In this document: positions 29,733-40,235 of the stretch, piece by piece
Position numbering within the stretch: position 1 is the first letter of the stretch
Layout of the letters: the number at the start of each line of letters is the position of its first letter
Origin: an uncultured bacterium
Lineage (GTDB): Bacteria; Gemmatimonadota; Gemmatimonadetes; Gemmatimonadales; Gemmatimonadaceae
Assembly: GCA_963978095.1 (NCBI GenBank)
Contig: CAXBQP010000003.1
Span: 1 to 64,000 of the forward strand
DNA: 64,000 nucleotides
Direction: 5' to 3'
The notes under the pieces: model-generated
The model's input: the letters and a program-made list of their open reading frames with translations, nothing else
Told to the model about the DNA's origin: nothing
Databases searched by the model: none
Position numbers and translations under genes: made by a program

Positions 29733-30781
29733 CGCCGACCGGAACGATGCGTCGAACCGACGGCATCCTGCGCGCCCTGCTCCCGCCGCTGACGGTCGCC
29801 GCCGTGGTGACCGGCGTGATCGTGTTGGTCATCGTGGCTGGGCATCACGAGATCGGGCCCTCATTTGGCGCACTCGGGCGCGGTGCATTCGGCAGCGCGT
29901 ACGCCATATGGTCAGCAACGCTTGTGCGCGCCACGCCACTCACCTTGCTCGGCCTCGCCGTGGCGCTCGCCTTTCGCGCCGGAGTCATGAACATCGGCGC
30001 GGAAGGACAATTCCTTGCCGGGGCGAGCGCCGCGAGTGCCGTCGCCTTGCGCGTACCGGATGCGCCAGCAATCCTGCTGGTCGCGATTCCGGCGGCTGTC
30101 ATCGCCGGCGCGCTCTGGTCATCGATCGCCGGATGGCTCAAGCACAGGTTCGGAGTGCTCGAGGTGATCAGCACCCTGATGCTGAACTTCGTGGCACAGT
30201 ACTTGGTGTCGTATCTGGTGCGCGGTCCACTGCAGGAGCCGACTCACGTCTATCCGCAAACCGCGAGCTTCAGCAGTACCGCACATCTCCCGTTGTTGAT
30301 CACCGGTCAACGCTTGCATCTCGGCTATGCGATTGCCGTGGTGCTCGCCGTGGTGTTGTGGTGGATGCTGCGCGCCACGGGGCTGGGATTCCGACTCCGT
30401 GCGGTTGGCGCCGGTGCCGCCGCGGCTGAGAGTGCGGGTCGGATCATGGTCCCCCGCGTGATGTTCACGGCGTTCCTGTTGAGCGGCGCTATTGCCGGAC
30501 TTGCCGGCGGCGTTGAGGTGACCGGTGTCACCTATGCGTTGTATGAGGGGATCTCGCCGGGATTCGGGTACACGGCAATCGCGGTTGCGTTGCTCGCCCG
30601 CCTCAACCCATTGGCGGTGATCGGAACCGGGCTCTTCTTTGGGGCACTCGAAGCCGGTGCGGCCGCGATGCAGCGTGATGCCGGTGTGCCATTCCAGTTC
30701 GTCGCGGTCGTCGAAGCGCTGATTGTGCTCGGGGTGATCGCGATTGAATGGTCGCGCACCCGTGACGAGGATGGTCGATGA
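29729..30781 (+). CDS. ABC transporter permease (nucleoside type)
   Basis: NIGAEGQ, EVISTLMLNFV, GYTAIAVALLA. Confidence 0.92.
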   Translation: MTPTGTMRRTDGILRALLPPLTVAAVVTGVIVLVIVAGHHEIGPSFGALGRGAFGSAYAIWSATLVRATPLTLLGLAVALAFRAGVMNIGAEGQFLAGASAASAVALRVPDAPAILLVAIPAAVIAGALWSSIAGWLKHRFGVLEVISTLMLNFVAQYLVSYLVRGPLQEPTHVYPQTASFSSTAHLPLLITGQRLHLGYAIAVVLAVVLWWMLRATGLGFRLRAVGAGAAAAESAGRIMVPRVMFTAFLLSGAIAGLAGGVEVTGVTYALYEGISPGFGYTAIAVALLARLNPLAVIGTGLFFGALEAGAAAMQRDAGVPFQFVAVVEALIVLGVIAIEWSRTRDEDGR

Positions 30782-31686
30782 CCGACGCCATGTCCCCGTT
30801 CTTCGAAGCCACAGTGCGCACAGCCACACCGCTCGCGTTCGCGGCAATTGGCGAGCTCGTGGCGGAGCGGTCCGGAGTGATCAACATCGGTCTTGAGGGA
30901 ACGATCATCGCCGGCGCATTCGGCGGTCTTGTCGTGGCAGGGACCGGCGGCGCCGGCTTGGGGTTTGTGGGAGCGATGGCAGCCGGGATGTTGGTCGCGG
31001 CGGTCTTTGCACTGTTCGTCATTACGCTCAAGACTGATCATATCATCACGGGAACAGCCATCAGCATGCTCGGGGTTGGTGCAACGGGAACCCTGTATCG
31101 CCTGTTGTACGGCGCGACAGGTGCGGCGCTTGCGACCCCCACGCTCGCACCACATCCGATCCCGTTCCTGCAGAACCTTCCATGGATCGGACAGGCGCTG
31201 TTCGCGCAGCCGCCGATCACCTACCTGCTCTACGTGCTGGTGCCAAGTCTGGCCTGGTGGATGCGGCGTACGAGTGGCGGGCTTGCGCTACGCGCGGTCG
31301 GCGAGCGCCCGGAAGCGGCGAGCGCTGCCGGCATATCACCGGCACGGGTCCGGTGGGCGGCGCTCCTGTTCTGTGGAGCGATGGGGGGACTGAGCGGCGG
31401 CACGTTGGTGCTCGCACAGGTCGGAACCTTCAATGAGGGAATTTCAGCCGGACGGGGATTCATCGCGATTGCGATCGTGGTCCTCGGGCGGTGGTCGGCG
31501 TTCGGGGTCACGGGCGCCGCCCTGCTATTCGGTGCGGCGAGTGCACTGCAGTATCTCGCGCAGGCCATGGGGTGGGGGCTCCCCTATCAGTTCGCGCTGG
31601 CGATCCCCTATGTGCTCACACTGATTGCGCTCGCCAGCGCACGAAGCCGATCCGCGGCACCAGCCGCGCTTGGCGCGCGCGGCTAG
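30778..31686 (+). CDS. ABC transporter permease (nucleoside type)
   Basis: ERSGVINIGLEG, LRAVGERP, GRGFIAIA, IPYVLT. Confidence 0.92.
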   Translation: MTDAMSPFFEATVRTATPLAFAAIGELVAERSGVINIGLEGTIIAGAFGGLVVAGTGGAGLGFVGAMAAGMLVAAVFALFVITLKTDHIITGTAISMLGVGATGTLYRLLYGATGAALATPTLAPHPIPFLQNLPWIGQALFAQPPITYLLYVLVPSLAWWMRRTSGGLALRAVGERPEAASAAGISPARVRWAALLFCGAMGGLSGGTLVLAQVGTFNEGISAGRGFIAIAIVVLGRWSAFGVTGAALLFGAASALQYLAQAMGWGLPYQFALAIPYVLTLIALASARSRSAAPAALGARG

Positions 31687-31697
31687 TCCTCCCGTCA

Positions 31698-32627
31698 TTA
31701 CGGAAGTGCGCAGCCGAGTGCGGTAGAGCTCCAGCGAAGACGCCAGCTCCCGGGTTGCGTCCGATCGAGGATTTCGATCTCCTCGCCAAGATCGCCGCTG
31801 CGGGAGAGGACGACCACCGTGCGCACGCCGCGCAGGGTAAGGGCTGCCAGAACATCCGCCCCGACGACGCGATCCTCCGGCCCGGACTCACGGCGAGACC
31901 ATGCGATGCGCCAGGCGTCGCGGCTCGGCGGATCAGGTTCGGCGATCATCGTGAGAATTTCGAGTCGTGGATTGGACTCGGTTCCCAGGGTACGAGTGGA
32001 CAGTGTGATCCACACCGGTGTGCCCTCCGGTGTGAGCACCCGCCACGCCTCGCGAATCACAACAGGAAGGCCCCGGAAGGGGGCAGATGTGGAATCCTCG
32101 GGGATTGTCCCCGCCAGTCGACGAAGTCGGACGATCATCGCGCCCGAGTCGCGGGGCGCCAGATCGTCCAAGCCGTCGATTGCGGTGGGTTTGGCGATCC
32201 CAGAGTCGAGAGCAGTCGACCATACAGGGACACCCGGCCGCGACGGTGTCGTGATGGTCGCCCCGTGTTCGCGAGCGCAGGCACGTGATGCAGGGCCGGG
32301 GACGAGGATCCCGGGCTGCAGCTGCGCGTCGTGCGAGAAGAGCTCGACCGTGTGCGGTGTCGTGGGGAGTGGGTCGCGCGAGAAGACCACCGGTGTTCCG
32401 CGCTCGGTGGACATGACGGCAATCAGGTTGCCCAAGGAGTCGTCCCACGTCGTGATGGCGGGAGCCGACTGCGCGGTCGTCCCCCCGCTGACCATGCTGG
32501 AGGACACACCCGGACGTGTGGATTTCACTGGTGAGGCGGGTTTCGTCCCGCACGCAGCGGCAAGCATCGCCAACAGACCCACGGCAAAGCCCTGGGAGAT
32601 GCGCGACGTCAGCCGAGAGGCCATCAT
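31698..32627 (-). CDS. Hypothetical lipoprotein
   Basis: ATG overlaps upstream stop (ATGA); signal with LAAAC lipobox; no family recognised. Confidence 0.65.
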   Translation of the reverse strand: MMASRLTSRISQGFAVGLLAMLAAACGTKPASPVKSTRPGVSSSMVSGGTTAQSAPAITTWDDSLGNLIAVMSTERGTPVVFSRDPLPTTPHTVELFSHDAQLQPGILVPGPASRACAREHGATITTPSRPGVPVWSTALDSGIAKPTAIDGLDDLAPRDSGAMIVRLRRLAGTIPEDSTSAPFRGLPVVIREAWRVLTPEGTPVWITLSTRTLGTESNPRLEILTMIAEPDPPSRDAWRIAWSRRESGPEDRVVGADVLAALTLRGVRTVVVLSRSGDLGEEIEILDRTQPGSWRLRWSSTALGCALP

Positions 32628-32938
32628 GGTCGTGGCGGCAGCCATGGCCCGACGAGGTCCCAGTGCCACGCGTCGCGACGAATGCCATCGCGTGGATCAC
32701 GCAGCGGTTTGAACTGCAGGCGATGTGGATTCAATCCCACGCCGATTCCCCACCGCACCAAGGTCACCCGATCCGTCGATACGAGGTGGGCCATCGGGCG
32801 TCCTTTCCAAATGTGTCGGTGCAACCAGAGGCCGCCCGACATCGCGTGCATCATCCCGTCGCGACGTCGCTCGAACTCCATCCACGGTCCTTCGATGCGC
32901 CACTCGACCGCAGCATCCAGGAACTCCGAATCAGTCAT
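32624..32938 (-). CDS. Small protein, DUF4031-like
   Basis: MAHLVSTD...L...G...GL....LQ...WHWDL resembles the DUF4031 H..D / HYDL pattern; follows polA in the same orientation. Confidence 0.55.
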   Translation of the reverse strand: MTDSEFLDAAVEWRIEGPWMEFERRRDGMMHAMSGGLWLHRHIWKGRPMAHLVSTDRVTLVRWGIGVGLNPHRLQFKPLRDPRDGIRRDAWHWDLVGPWLPPRP

Positions 32939-32953
32939 TCCGTCTTCGGCGCG

Positions 32954-35899
32954 TCAGCGTTTGGTCTCGAGCCAGTTGGGCCCAGTCCCGATATCCACAA
33001 CCAGTGGAACATCGAGTTGCACGGCCGTGGTCATCTCGTGATTCACCAAGTCCCGCAGCGTCTCGAGTTCGTCGGGTGGACACTCGAACACGAGTTCATC
33101 GTGTACTTGCAGCAGCATGCGACTCGCGAGGGCGCGTTCCCGCAACGCATGGTGCAGCCGGATCATGGCCACCTTGATCAGGTCAGCGGCCGACCCCTGA
33201 ATCGGTGAGTTCTGTGCGGTCCGCTCACCGAAGGCGCGGATGTTGAAGTTGCGATCCTTGATCTCCGGGATGTACCGACGCCGCTTGAAGATCGTCTCCA
33301 CGTAGCCATTGACCCGCGCTTGTTCGACGGTGGAGTCCAGGAATCTCCGTACGCCGGCGAAGCGCTCGAAGTACGTCTCGATGAACGCCTTGGCCTCGGC
33401 CACTTCGATCTTCAACTGCCGCGACAAGGCGAACGCTCCCTGGCCATAGATCGTCGCGAAGTTGATGGTCTTGGCGCGCGCCCGCATCTCGCTGGTGACC
33501 GCGCCGAGGTCGACCCCGAAGATGATGGCCGCCGTCTGGCGGTGGATGTCGCCGCCGGCCTTGAAGGCATCGACGAAAGCCGGGTCATGCGAGAGGTGCG
33601 CGAGGAGGCGCAGTTCGATCTGCGAGTAGTCGGCCGCGAGCATCGTCCATCCAGGCTCGGGGATGAATCCCTTGCGGATCTCCTTGCCGAGGTCGCGACG
33701 GATCGGAATGTTCTGGAGGTTCGGGTCACTGGAGGCCAGTCGTCCCGTGCTGGCGACATGCTGGTTGAACGAGGTATGGAGCCGCCCGTCACGGGGATTC
33801 ACGAGGACGGGCAGTGTGTCGAGATACGTACTCTCGAGCTTGGCGAGCTCCCGATACTCCATCAACAATGACGGCAACACATGGCCTTCGTCCGCGAGTT
33901 CCGTCAGGACCGACGCGTCCGTACTCGGCCCCGTGGATGTCTTCTTCTTGACGGGGAGCCCGAGTTTCCCGAAGAGGATGGCGCCGAGCTGCTTGTTGGA
34001 GTTGATGTTGAACTCCTCGCCTGCCGCGTCGTAGATCTGCCGTTCGACGCCGCCGCGCTCCCGCGCAAAACGCGTCTTCAGTGAATGGAACCACGGCACG
34101 TCGATCGCGATCCCGTTCCACTCCATCCCCGCCAGGACTTCGACGAGCGGCATCTCGACATCGTGCAACAGCGCATCGGCGCCCGATTCCTTGAGCTTCG
34201 GCTCGAACAATTTCCGGAGACGGAGTGCGATGTCGGCGTCGGCGCAGGAATACGCACAGGCCGCCGCGATCGGCACCTGGTCAAAAGGGATCTGCGCTTT
34301 TCCCTTGCCCGTGAGCTCGTCGTAGCCGGTCATCGCGAGTTGCAGGAACTCGATGGCCAGCGCATCGATGGCATGCGATCGGCGCCCGGGATCGAGCACA
34401 TAGCTCGCGAGCATGGAATCGAAGTCGAGCCCGCGGACATCGACACCGGTCCGCCGCAGCACCAAGAGATCGTACTTCGCGTTGTGCGCGGTCTTCTTGA
34501 CCGATGGATCACCGAGGAGATCCCGCAGCGGTGCCAACTCGGGCGAGAGGATCGACGGAAGATTCGTGACCGTCGCCCCACCCCCCTCCGCGATGGCTCG
34601 CGCGGCGATGCTTCCACCACTCGCGGCAGACCTGGATGATGTCGGGGTCGCAAGCAGGAGGTCGCCCTGGTCGCTCGCCCACGCCGTGTGTGCGAACGGC
34701 AGATAGAACGCTTCTCCTTCCTCGAAGGCGATGGAGAGACTGACGAGGTTCGCGCGCAGCGGGGTGATGATCGGGGGTGCGCCGTCGTCGAGTACTGTTT
34801 CGGTATCGAACGAGACAAAAGGGGCCGTGCGCGCACGCGCGCACAAGGCCACGACCCCCTCGACGGTGTCGACCACGGTGTAGCGCGTCGGGATCGCATC
34901 CGGTACCGCAACAGTGGCGGGCGACGTCCGCTCCGCGGTCGCCGCATCAGCGGTCGCCGATGGCGTGGCACCGGACAGCCCGGCGGTAGTGCCGAGTGCC
35001 TGTGCGGCGGCTTCCTGCGCATTGTTCCGGAACTCGAGCTCGACAAAGAGGTCACGCAACCGATTCCAATCCGGCGTGCTGACCTTGAGCGCGTCGAGGT
35101 CAAGCGTCATCGGCAAATCGTCGCGAATAGTTACTAATTCCTTGGACAGAACCCCGTTGTCCCGGAATTCCTTGAGCGCGTTGCGGGCACGGGTCGGTTC
35201 CACCTCGTCGACGTGGGCGAGGATGTTCTCGAGCGGTCCCCACTTCTCGATCAGGGCCAGGGCGGACTTGTCCCCGATCCCCTTGACCCCGGGAACATTG
35301 TCGCTCGTGTCGCCCAGGAGGGCGAGATAGTCGGTGACGCGCTCAGGGATGACCCCCAGGCGTTCGACCGCGTTGTTGCGATCGTACCATTTCTCGGAGG
35401 TGAAGCCCGGCCGACCATGCCATGGGTTCAGGATCCAGACGCCGTCATCGATCAGCTGAACGAAATCCTTGTCACCCGAGACGATCACGCCGTGGACGCC
35501 CCGGTGGGGCGCTTGGCGGACGAGCGTCCCGATCACGTCGTCGGCCTCATAGTGTTCGAGGCTGAGAATCGGGATCTGCATCGCCGCCAGGATCTGCGAG
35601 ATGCGCTCGACACCGGTGTCGAAATCGGCCTGCATCGCCGGTTCGAGTCGTTCGCGGGTGGCCTTGTACGCCGGATACCGTTCGTGGCGGAAGGACAGGC
35701 CGGCGTCGTGCACCCAGCCGAGGTACTCCGGCTTGTGCTTGTCCATGAGGCGCCGGAGAAAGTCGTAGGCGCCGCGGGCGATCGATGTATTCTCGCCCTT
35801 GGAGTTGATCAGCGGTTGCGCACCGTACGCGAAGAATGCGCGATAGATCATCGCGTAACCGTCGATCAGAAAGAGGCGCGGCGAGGGGGCTGGAGGCAT
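32954..35899 (-). CDS. polA: DNA polymerase I
   Basis: LIDGY, EADDVIGT, GDTSDNVPGV 5'-3' exonuclease; FDTET; TGRLASSDPNLQNIP, ADYSQIELR, AKTINF, LQVHDEL. Confidence 0.98.
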   Translation of the reverse strand: MPPAPSPRLFLIDGYAMIYRAFFAYGAQPLINSKGENTSIARGAYDFLRRLMDKHKPEYLGWVHDAGLSFRHERYPAYKATRERLEPAMQADFDTGVERISQILAAMQIPILSLEHYEADDVIGTLVRQAPHRGVHGVIVSGDKDFVQLIDDGVWILNPWHGRPGFTSEKWYDRNNAVERLGVIPERVTDYLALLGDTSDNVPGVKGIGDKSALALIEKWGPLENILAHVDEVEPTRARNALKEFRDNGVLSKELVTIRDDLPMTLDLDALKVSTPDWNRLRDLFVELEFRNNAQEAAAQALGTTAGLSGATPSATADAATAERTSPATVAVPDAIPTRYTVVDTVEGVVALCARARTAPFVSFDTETVLDDGAPPIITPLRANLVSLSIAFEEGEAFYLPFAHTAWASDQGDLLLATPTSSRSAASGGSIAARAIAEGGGATVTNLPSILSPELAPLRDLLGDPSVKKTAHNAKYDLLVLRRTGVDVRGLDFDSMLASYVLDPGRRSHAIDALAIEFLQLAMTGYDELTGKGKAQIPFDQVPIAAACAYSCADADIALRLRKLFEPKLKESGADALLHDVEMPLVEVLAGMEWNGIAIDVPWFHSLKTRFARERGGVERQIYDAAGEEFNINSNKQLGAILFGKLGLPVKKKTSTGPSTDASVLTELADEGHVLPSLLMEYRELAKLESTYLDTLPVLVNPRDGRLHTSFNQHVASTGRLASSDPNLQNIPIRRDLGKEIRKGFIPEPGWTMLAADYSQIELRLLAHLSHDPAFVDAFKAGGDIHRQTAAIIFGVDLGAVTSEMRARAKTINFATIYGQGAFALSRQLKIEVAEAKAFIETYFERFAGVRRFLDSTVEQARVNGYVETIFKRRRYIPEIKDRNFNIRAFGERTAQNSPIQGSAADLIKVAMIRLHHALRERALASRMLLQVHDELVFECPPDELETLRDLVNHEMTTAVQLDVPLVVDIGTGPNWLETKR
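35117..35137 (-). promoter_or_regulatory. 21-bp AT-rich motif copy inside polA
   Basis: TTAGTAACTATTCGCGACGAT; codons TTA GTA ACT ATT are atypical for this high-GC window. Confidence 0.6.
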
Positions 35900-35975
35900 A
35901 GGGGAAGTTTCGCCCACGGGCCGCCTTGGCACCAGCGACGGGTCGTCCTGACCCCCTGGGCCGTCGGGGGAACCC

Positions 35976-36614
35976 TCAGGACAACCAGAGCGACAGCAAT
36001 CCGGTGGCGGCCGTCACCCGCACATTGTCGTCGAGCGGGCGGGTCGGGCGTTCGACGACCGCGGCAAGCGCGCCGACCGCGAGGGCCGCCATCGGCGTGG
36101 CCGAGGTCAACCACCACACGCCGATGGCGCTGCACACGGCGCACGCGATGGAGCCGGCCCATGTCTTGCGCCCACCCGTTGGGGACAGGGCGCGCCCGAC
36201 GATCGCCGCGGCGGGATCTCCGATCGTCGCGCACCACAACGCGGCAATGGCTGCCGGCGCTGGGAGCAGCACCACAGCAGCAAGACTGGAGAGGCACAAC
36301 CAGGTGGCGCCCGTCAGGTGGTGCGCCTCGCGCGGCCGAAGCAACGGACCGAACCACCGGGTGAACGGCGTGCCGACGGTGGTGGTGTTCCAGCGAAGCC
36401 ATTCGACGCCGAGGGCCAGGATCGAAGCCACGGCGAAGGCGCTACTGATCCACCGTACCGGGACGCCAAAGTGGTACCCGATCGGCACGAGTGCCGTGGC
36501 GAGATGCAGCAGCTTGCGGGAGATCTCGCGTTTCAATGAAAACGCGGCCCCCTCCGGTCGCTGGGCACCGGAGGGAACGTCTGCAGCGATCACGGGGTGA
36601 TCTTGCGGCGCCAA
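35976..36614 (-). CDS. Dolichol/phytol kinase-like (CTP-transferase family) membrane protein
   Basis: RKLLHL, LLRPRE...LTGATW, GDPAAAIVGR, KTWAGS, DDN motifs. Confidence 0.85.
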   Translation of the reverse strand: MAPQDHPVIAADVPSGAQRPEGAAFSLKREISRKLLHLATALVPIGYHFGVPVRWISSAFAVASILALGVEWLRWNTTTVGTPFTRWFGPLLRPREAHHLTGATWLCLSSLAAVVLLPAPAAIAALWCATIGDPAAAIVGRALSPTGGRKTWAGSIACAVCSAIGVWWLTSATPMAALAVGALAAVVERPTRPLDDNVRVTAATGLLSLWLS

Positions 36615-38005
36615 GCGGCCTGAAAGGCGATTTCACTGCTGTTCACCAGTTTCCACCGACCGAATCCGGTCTGATCGTAGAAGGTGAGCTGCAGGTTCTG
36701 GTTGCGATAATCCCAGATCTGGGATCGCCCGCGCTGCCCGAAATCGTTGGAGTTCCGCTGATCGAACACCTGATCCGGTTCGCCAAGTCCGAGGAGCACT
36801 TTGCCGCGATCCGTCATCCACCCCGGGATTCCCTCTTCGCGGAATCGGGTGTTGGCGCCCAGCAGCCGGCGGAAATAATCCCGGAGCGGTTCATTGCTTC
36901 CGCCCAGTGTGGCGTGACGCTTCACGAAGGCCGACCACGCTCCGGCCCGGGACTCGGGCGCCGTGTCCCGCAGCGTGTTGAGCTCGTACGCCGGCGCGAA
37001 CCACCGGAGATAGGTGATCATCTCCTCGTACGTCGTGACCGGAAGATCCTCCCCGAAGCCGATGAAGATCGGTGCCTTGACGCTGTCGGGACGTCCCGGT
37101 TGCACGAAGGCGACCTGTGCGGCACCGATGGTCAGACGCGCGACCGGTATCAGGACGACGCCCGAGTACAAATTGCCACGCCGGGGAATCGACGTGGAAT
37201 CGGCGAAGATCGTTTGTCCCTTCTCGCTCAGGACCGCGTAGCGGATCGGGAGTCGTGCCCCCGACGTCCTGCTGTATCCCTCGAGGTACAGAGGCACCAT
37301 CGAGTCGCTGCCGAACGTGATGGTCGAGGTCGGACTCGACACGATCTGCGGCAGCGAGTCGGTATTGCTGCGCGTGACCGCGCGCGCGAAGGTGATGGGT
37401 GAGGACAACATGCCCTCCTTCACCGCGGGGACGAGCAATGTCACATCCTCGGTGCTGGAGCGCGAGCTTCCGTCATCCCGAACCGTCAGGACGAGGTTGT
37501 AACTGCCGGGCGGAAGGGTGAGCAGTTCTTGAAAGATGACGCTTTCGTCGATGCGGGAGGTCTCGCGGAAACTGCTCAACACAACCGATTCCCGCGCATC
37601 GGTCTGCTTGACCGTCGCTCCGTTCTGCTTGATGGAGATCTCCACCGAGTAGCCGGCACGGAAGCGATCCCCTTCACGTGAGAACGTGAGCGAGGCATTC
37701 GCGATCCCGAGGCCGAGCAGAACATGCGTGGAGTCCGGCGTGCCCGTGGCCAGAAAGGACGCGTTGCCGACGAACGGCATCGGGGCGCCGCGTGCGAGCA
37801 GTCCGAGTTGCTGGTAGAGCCGGACCTGATCGAACTGGGGTCCCGTGGACGGCGTGGTCCCGTTGGCGGCTGCACCGCTCCCCTTGGGCGAGGCGGCAGG
37901 CACCGGTGCTCCCGCTGGTCCACCCGCCGGGCGAGCGCCGCCGCAGGCGGCCAACACCACGACGGTCACCCCCCACACTCCACCACGCCACATCCTCGTG
38001 ATCAT
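36590..38005 (-). CDS. GWxTD domain-containing lipoprotein
   Basis: Lipobox LAAC; C-terminal ANTRFREE..PGWMTDRGKV...GEPD; start uncertain (38041, 38020 or 38005). Confidence 0.85.
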   Translation of the reverse strand: MITRMWRGGVWGVTVVVLAACGGARPAGGPAGAPVPAASPKGSGAAANGTTPSTGPQFDQVRLYQQLGLLARGAPMPFVGNASFLATGTPDSTHVLLGLGIANASLTFSREGDRFRAGYSVEISIKQNGATVKQTDARESVVLSSFRETSRIDESVIFQELLTLPPGSYNLVLTVRDDGSSRSSTEDVTLLVPAVKEGMLSSPITFARAVTRSNTDSLPQIVSSPTSTITFGSDSMVPLYLEGYSRTSGARLPIRYAVLSEKGQTIFADSTSIPRRGNLYSGVVLIPVARLTIGAAQVAFVQPGRPDSVKAPIFIGFGEDLPVTTYEEMITYLRWFAPAYELNTLRDTAPESRAGAWSAFVKRHATLGGSNEPLRDYFRRLLGANTRFREEGIPGWMTDRGKVLLGLGEPDQVFDQRNSNDFGQRGRSQIWDYRNQNLQLTFYDQTGFGRWKLVNSSEIAFQAAWRRKITP

Positions 38006-38112
38006 GCAAACCCCGGGCATTCGAGAAAGATTCGTCGACATCTACACCAGTACCCTCGGTCCGTCACATCGTTTCGCTTGCACGCTTGGGTCCTGAGGGT
38101 TAGCTTCGCCGC

Positions 38113-39030
38113 GTGGCTCGAGACCCTCTCGTTGGAACAGAACTCGCCGGCTATTCCCTTCTCGACCGTGTCGGGGAAGGCGGGACTGCCGTAGTATATC
38201 GCGCCGAACACCCGGAACATGGGCCCGTCGCGGTGAAAGTCCTCAAGGACAAGCTCCGCCAGGACAAAACCGCCGTCACCCGATTCCTGCGCGAGGCGCA
38301 ATTCGGAGGGCGTGTCGTCCACCCAAAGGTCGTGCGGACCATAGAGGCGGGGCAATCCCCTGAAGGGCTCCACTATCTGGCCATCGAGTGGGCACCCGGG
38401 GAGATCCTCGAAGGGTACGCCAAGCGTAACGCCCCACTCAAACCCGATGAGGTCTCGGCGATCATCCTGCAGATCGCCGATGCCGTGCACGCCGCGCATG
38501 CTACGGGCGTCGTCCACCGCGACCTGAAGCCGGAGAACCTGATGTATGATCCGGCCTCCCGAAACGTCAAGTTGCTCGACTTCGGCATTGCGATGGCCAC
38601 CGATTCGGCGCCGAATGAACGGCTCACCCGCGCGGGGTTCTTCGTCGGCACCCTGATGTATGTGGCTCCGGAGGCACTCTCGGGTGAGGTGGTCACCGCG
38701 GCGGCGGATCAGTACAGTCTCGGTATCATCGCCTACTTGCTGCTCTCCGGCGTGTTGCCCTACACCGCCAAGACGCCGCGGGAGATGTTCACGCAGTTGC
38801 TCTCCGACCCGCCGATCGCGCTGAACAAAGCCGTACAGGGCGTGCACTATCCGGCGAGCGTCGAGAACGCCGTCATGAGAGCCCTCGCGAAGGCACCGGC
38901 AGACCGTTTCCCCGATGTGCTCGCCTTCGCCAAGGCACTGGAGCTCGGTCTTCAGGATGTGGGCAAGGCGGGAAGTGAAGACGGCGGACTCTTTTCCAAG
39001 ATGCGGGGGCTCTTCGGACGGAAACCGTGA
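38113..39030 (+). CDS. Stand-alone Hanks-type Ser/Thr protein kinase
   Basis: GEGGTAVVY, VAVK, HRDLKPEN, DFG, YVAPE, DQYSLG. Confidence 0.95.
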   Translation: MARDPLVGTELAGYSLLDRVGEGGTAVVYRAEHPEHGPVAVKVLKDKLRQDKTAVTRFLREAQFGGRVVHPKVVRTIEAGQSPEGLHYLAIEWAPGEILEGYAKRNAPLKPDEVSAIILQIADAVHAAHATGVVHRDLKPENLMYDPASRNVKLLDFGIAMATDSAPNERLTRAGFFVGTLMYVAPEALSGEVVTAAADQYSLGIIAYLLLSGVLPYTAKTPREMFTQLLSDPPIALNKAVQGVHYPASVENAVMRALAKAPADRFPDVLAFAKALELGLQDVGKAGSEDGGLFSKMRGLFGRKP

Positions 39031-39102
39031 TCAGGTCGTGCGAACCCCGTGACCGTACCACACCAACGACCGCTCGGCATCTGCCGGGCGGTCGTCCCGC
39101 AT

Positions 39103-40167
39103 TCAGCGCAAGTCGGCCACAGGAGGCGTTGGGCTGTCGGCAGGCAGCCACACGGTGAACGACGACCCGACCCCAAGGGTGCTCTCAACGGTGATGTCAC
39201 CGTCGAGCAGTCGCGCCAGACGCCGTGAGATCGCGAGCCCCAACCCCGTGCCGCGACGCGCCGAATCGCCACGCGGCCCGGCATTCACCTGCTCGAATTC
39301 CTCGAAGACACGCACGAGGTCCTTCTCCGCGATCCCGATCCCCGTATCGGCGACCTGCAGCGCGACCCAGGATCCGCCGCTCGCCAGCAACGGGTGTCGA
39401 TTGGCCGCCGCCGCCACGCGCGCCACATCACCATCCGGGACCAAGATGGCACGCAACGTCACACTCCCGGACGGCGTGAACTTGATGGCGTTGCCCAGGA
39501 GATTCACAAGGATCTGCCGAAGATGCGTCGGGTCGGTCGCGATGCGTGGGAGTGTGGCGGGAATGGCAATCGAGAAGGAAAGCCCTCGTTCGGTGATGAG
39601 CGGCTCCACTTCACTCGCGACATCGATCACGAAGGGACGCAACTTGACGAGTTCCGTATGCACGTCGAGACGCCCCGCCGCCATCTTGGCGAGATCCAAC
39701 ACCTGCTCGACGAGCGCCTGCAGGTGATTGGCCGACGACTCAATCCGCTCGACGGGTCCGACCTGACGTGGCGAGAGCTCCCCGTAGGCACCGTCGCGCA
39801 AGAGATCCACGAATCCGACGATCGCCGCCAGCGGCGTCCGCAACTCGTGCGACACGTTGGCCAGGAACTCCCCCTTCGCGCGATTCGCCCGGTACAGCTC
39901 CGCGGACAACTGCTCCAGTTCCGCTGATCGGTCAGCGATGTCAGCGGCCTGTTTCCGCTGTTGCACAAGTCCGAGGAACAGCGCGAGCACCGCAAGTCCA
40001 ACCGCTCCCCACAGCGCGAGACGTACTCCGGGCGAACCATGGAGCCGTACATAGTGGTCCCCGATGGCGAGCGCGACGAACAACCCCACGAACACCGCGC
40101 CGAGCGCGAAGGTCGACGGGCGCAACCGGGTACGCGTCTCCGCGAAGAGCTCAGGACGCTCCGCCAT
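39103..40167 (-). CDS. Membrane sensor histidine kinase
   Basis: Two TM helices; FLANVSHELRTPL H-box, NLLGNAIKFT, DTGIGI, GTGLGL. Confidence 0.95.
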   Translation of the reverse strand: MAERPELFAETRTRLRPSTFALGAVFVGLFVALAIGDHYVRLHGSPGVRLALWGAVGLAVLALFLGLVQQRKQAADIADRSAELEQLSAELYRANRAKGEFLANVSHELRTPLAAIVGFVDLLRDGAYGELSPRQVGPVERIESSANHLQALVEQVLDLAKMAAGRLDVHTELVKLRPFVIDVASEVEPLITERGLSFSIAIPATLPRIATDPTHLRQILVNLLGNAIKFTPSGSVTLRAILVPDGDVARVAAAANRHPLLASGGSWVALQVADTGIGIAEKDLVRVFEEFEQVNAGPRGDSARRGTGLGLAISRRLARLLDGDITVESTLGVGSSFTVWLPADSPTPPVADLR

Positions 40168-40235
40168 CAGCTCCGCCTGCCTTTCATCCGTCGCTGCATT
40201 GACGCATCCTTCACGCTCGCCTAACCTCCGCCGTC

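Noticed and set aside
37164..37179. AGTACAAATTGCCAC as another copy of the 21-bp motif
   Set aside because: Spacing is one base short and the flanks are GC-rich.
37671..37686. CCTTCACGTGAGAACG as a second parS
   Set aside because: Only the CACGTG core matches; arms lack TGTT/AACA symmetry.
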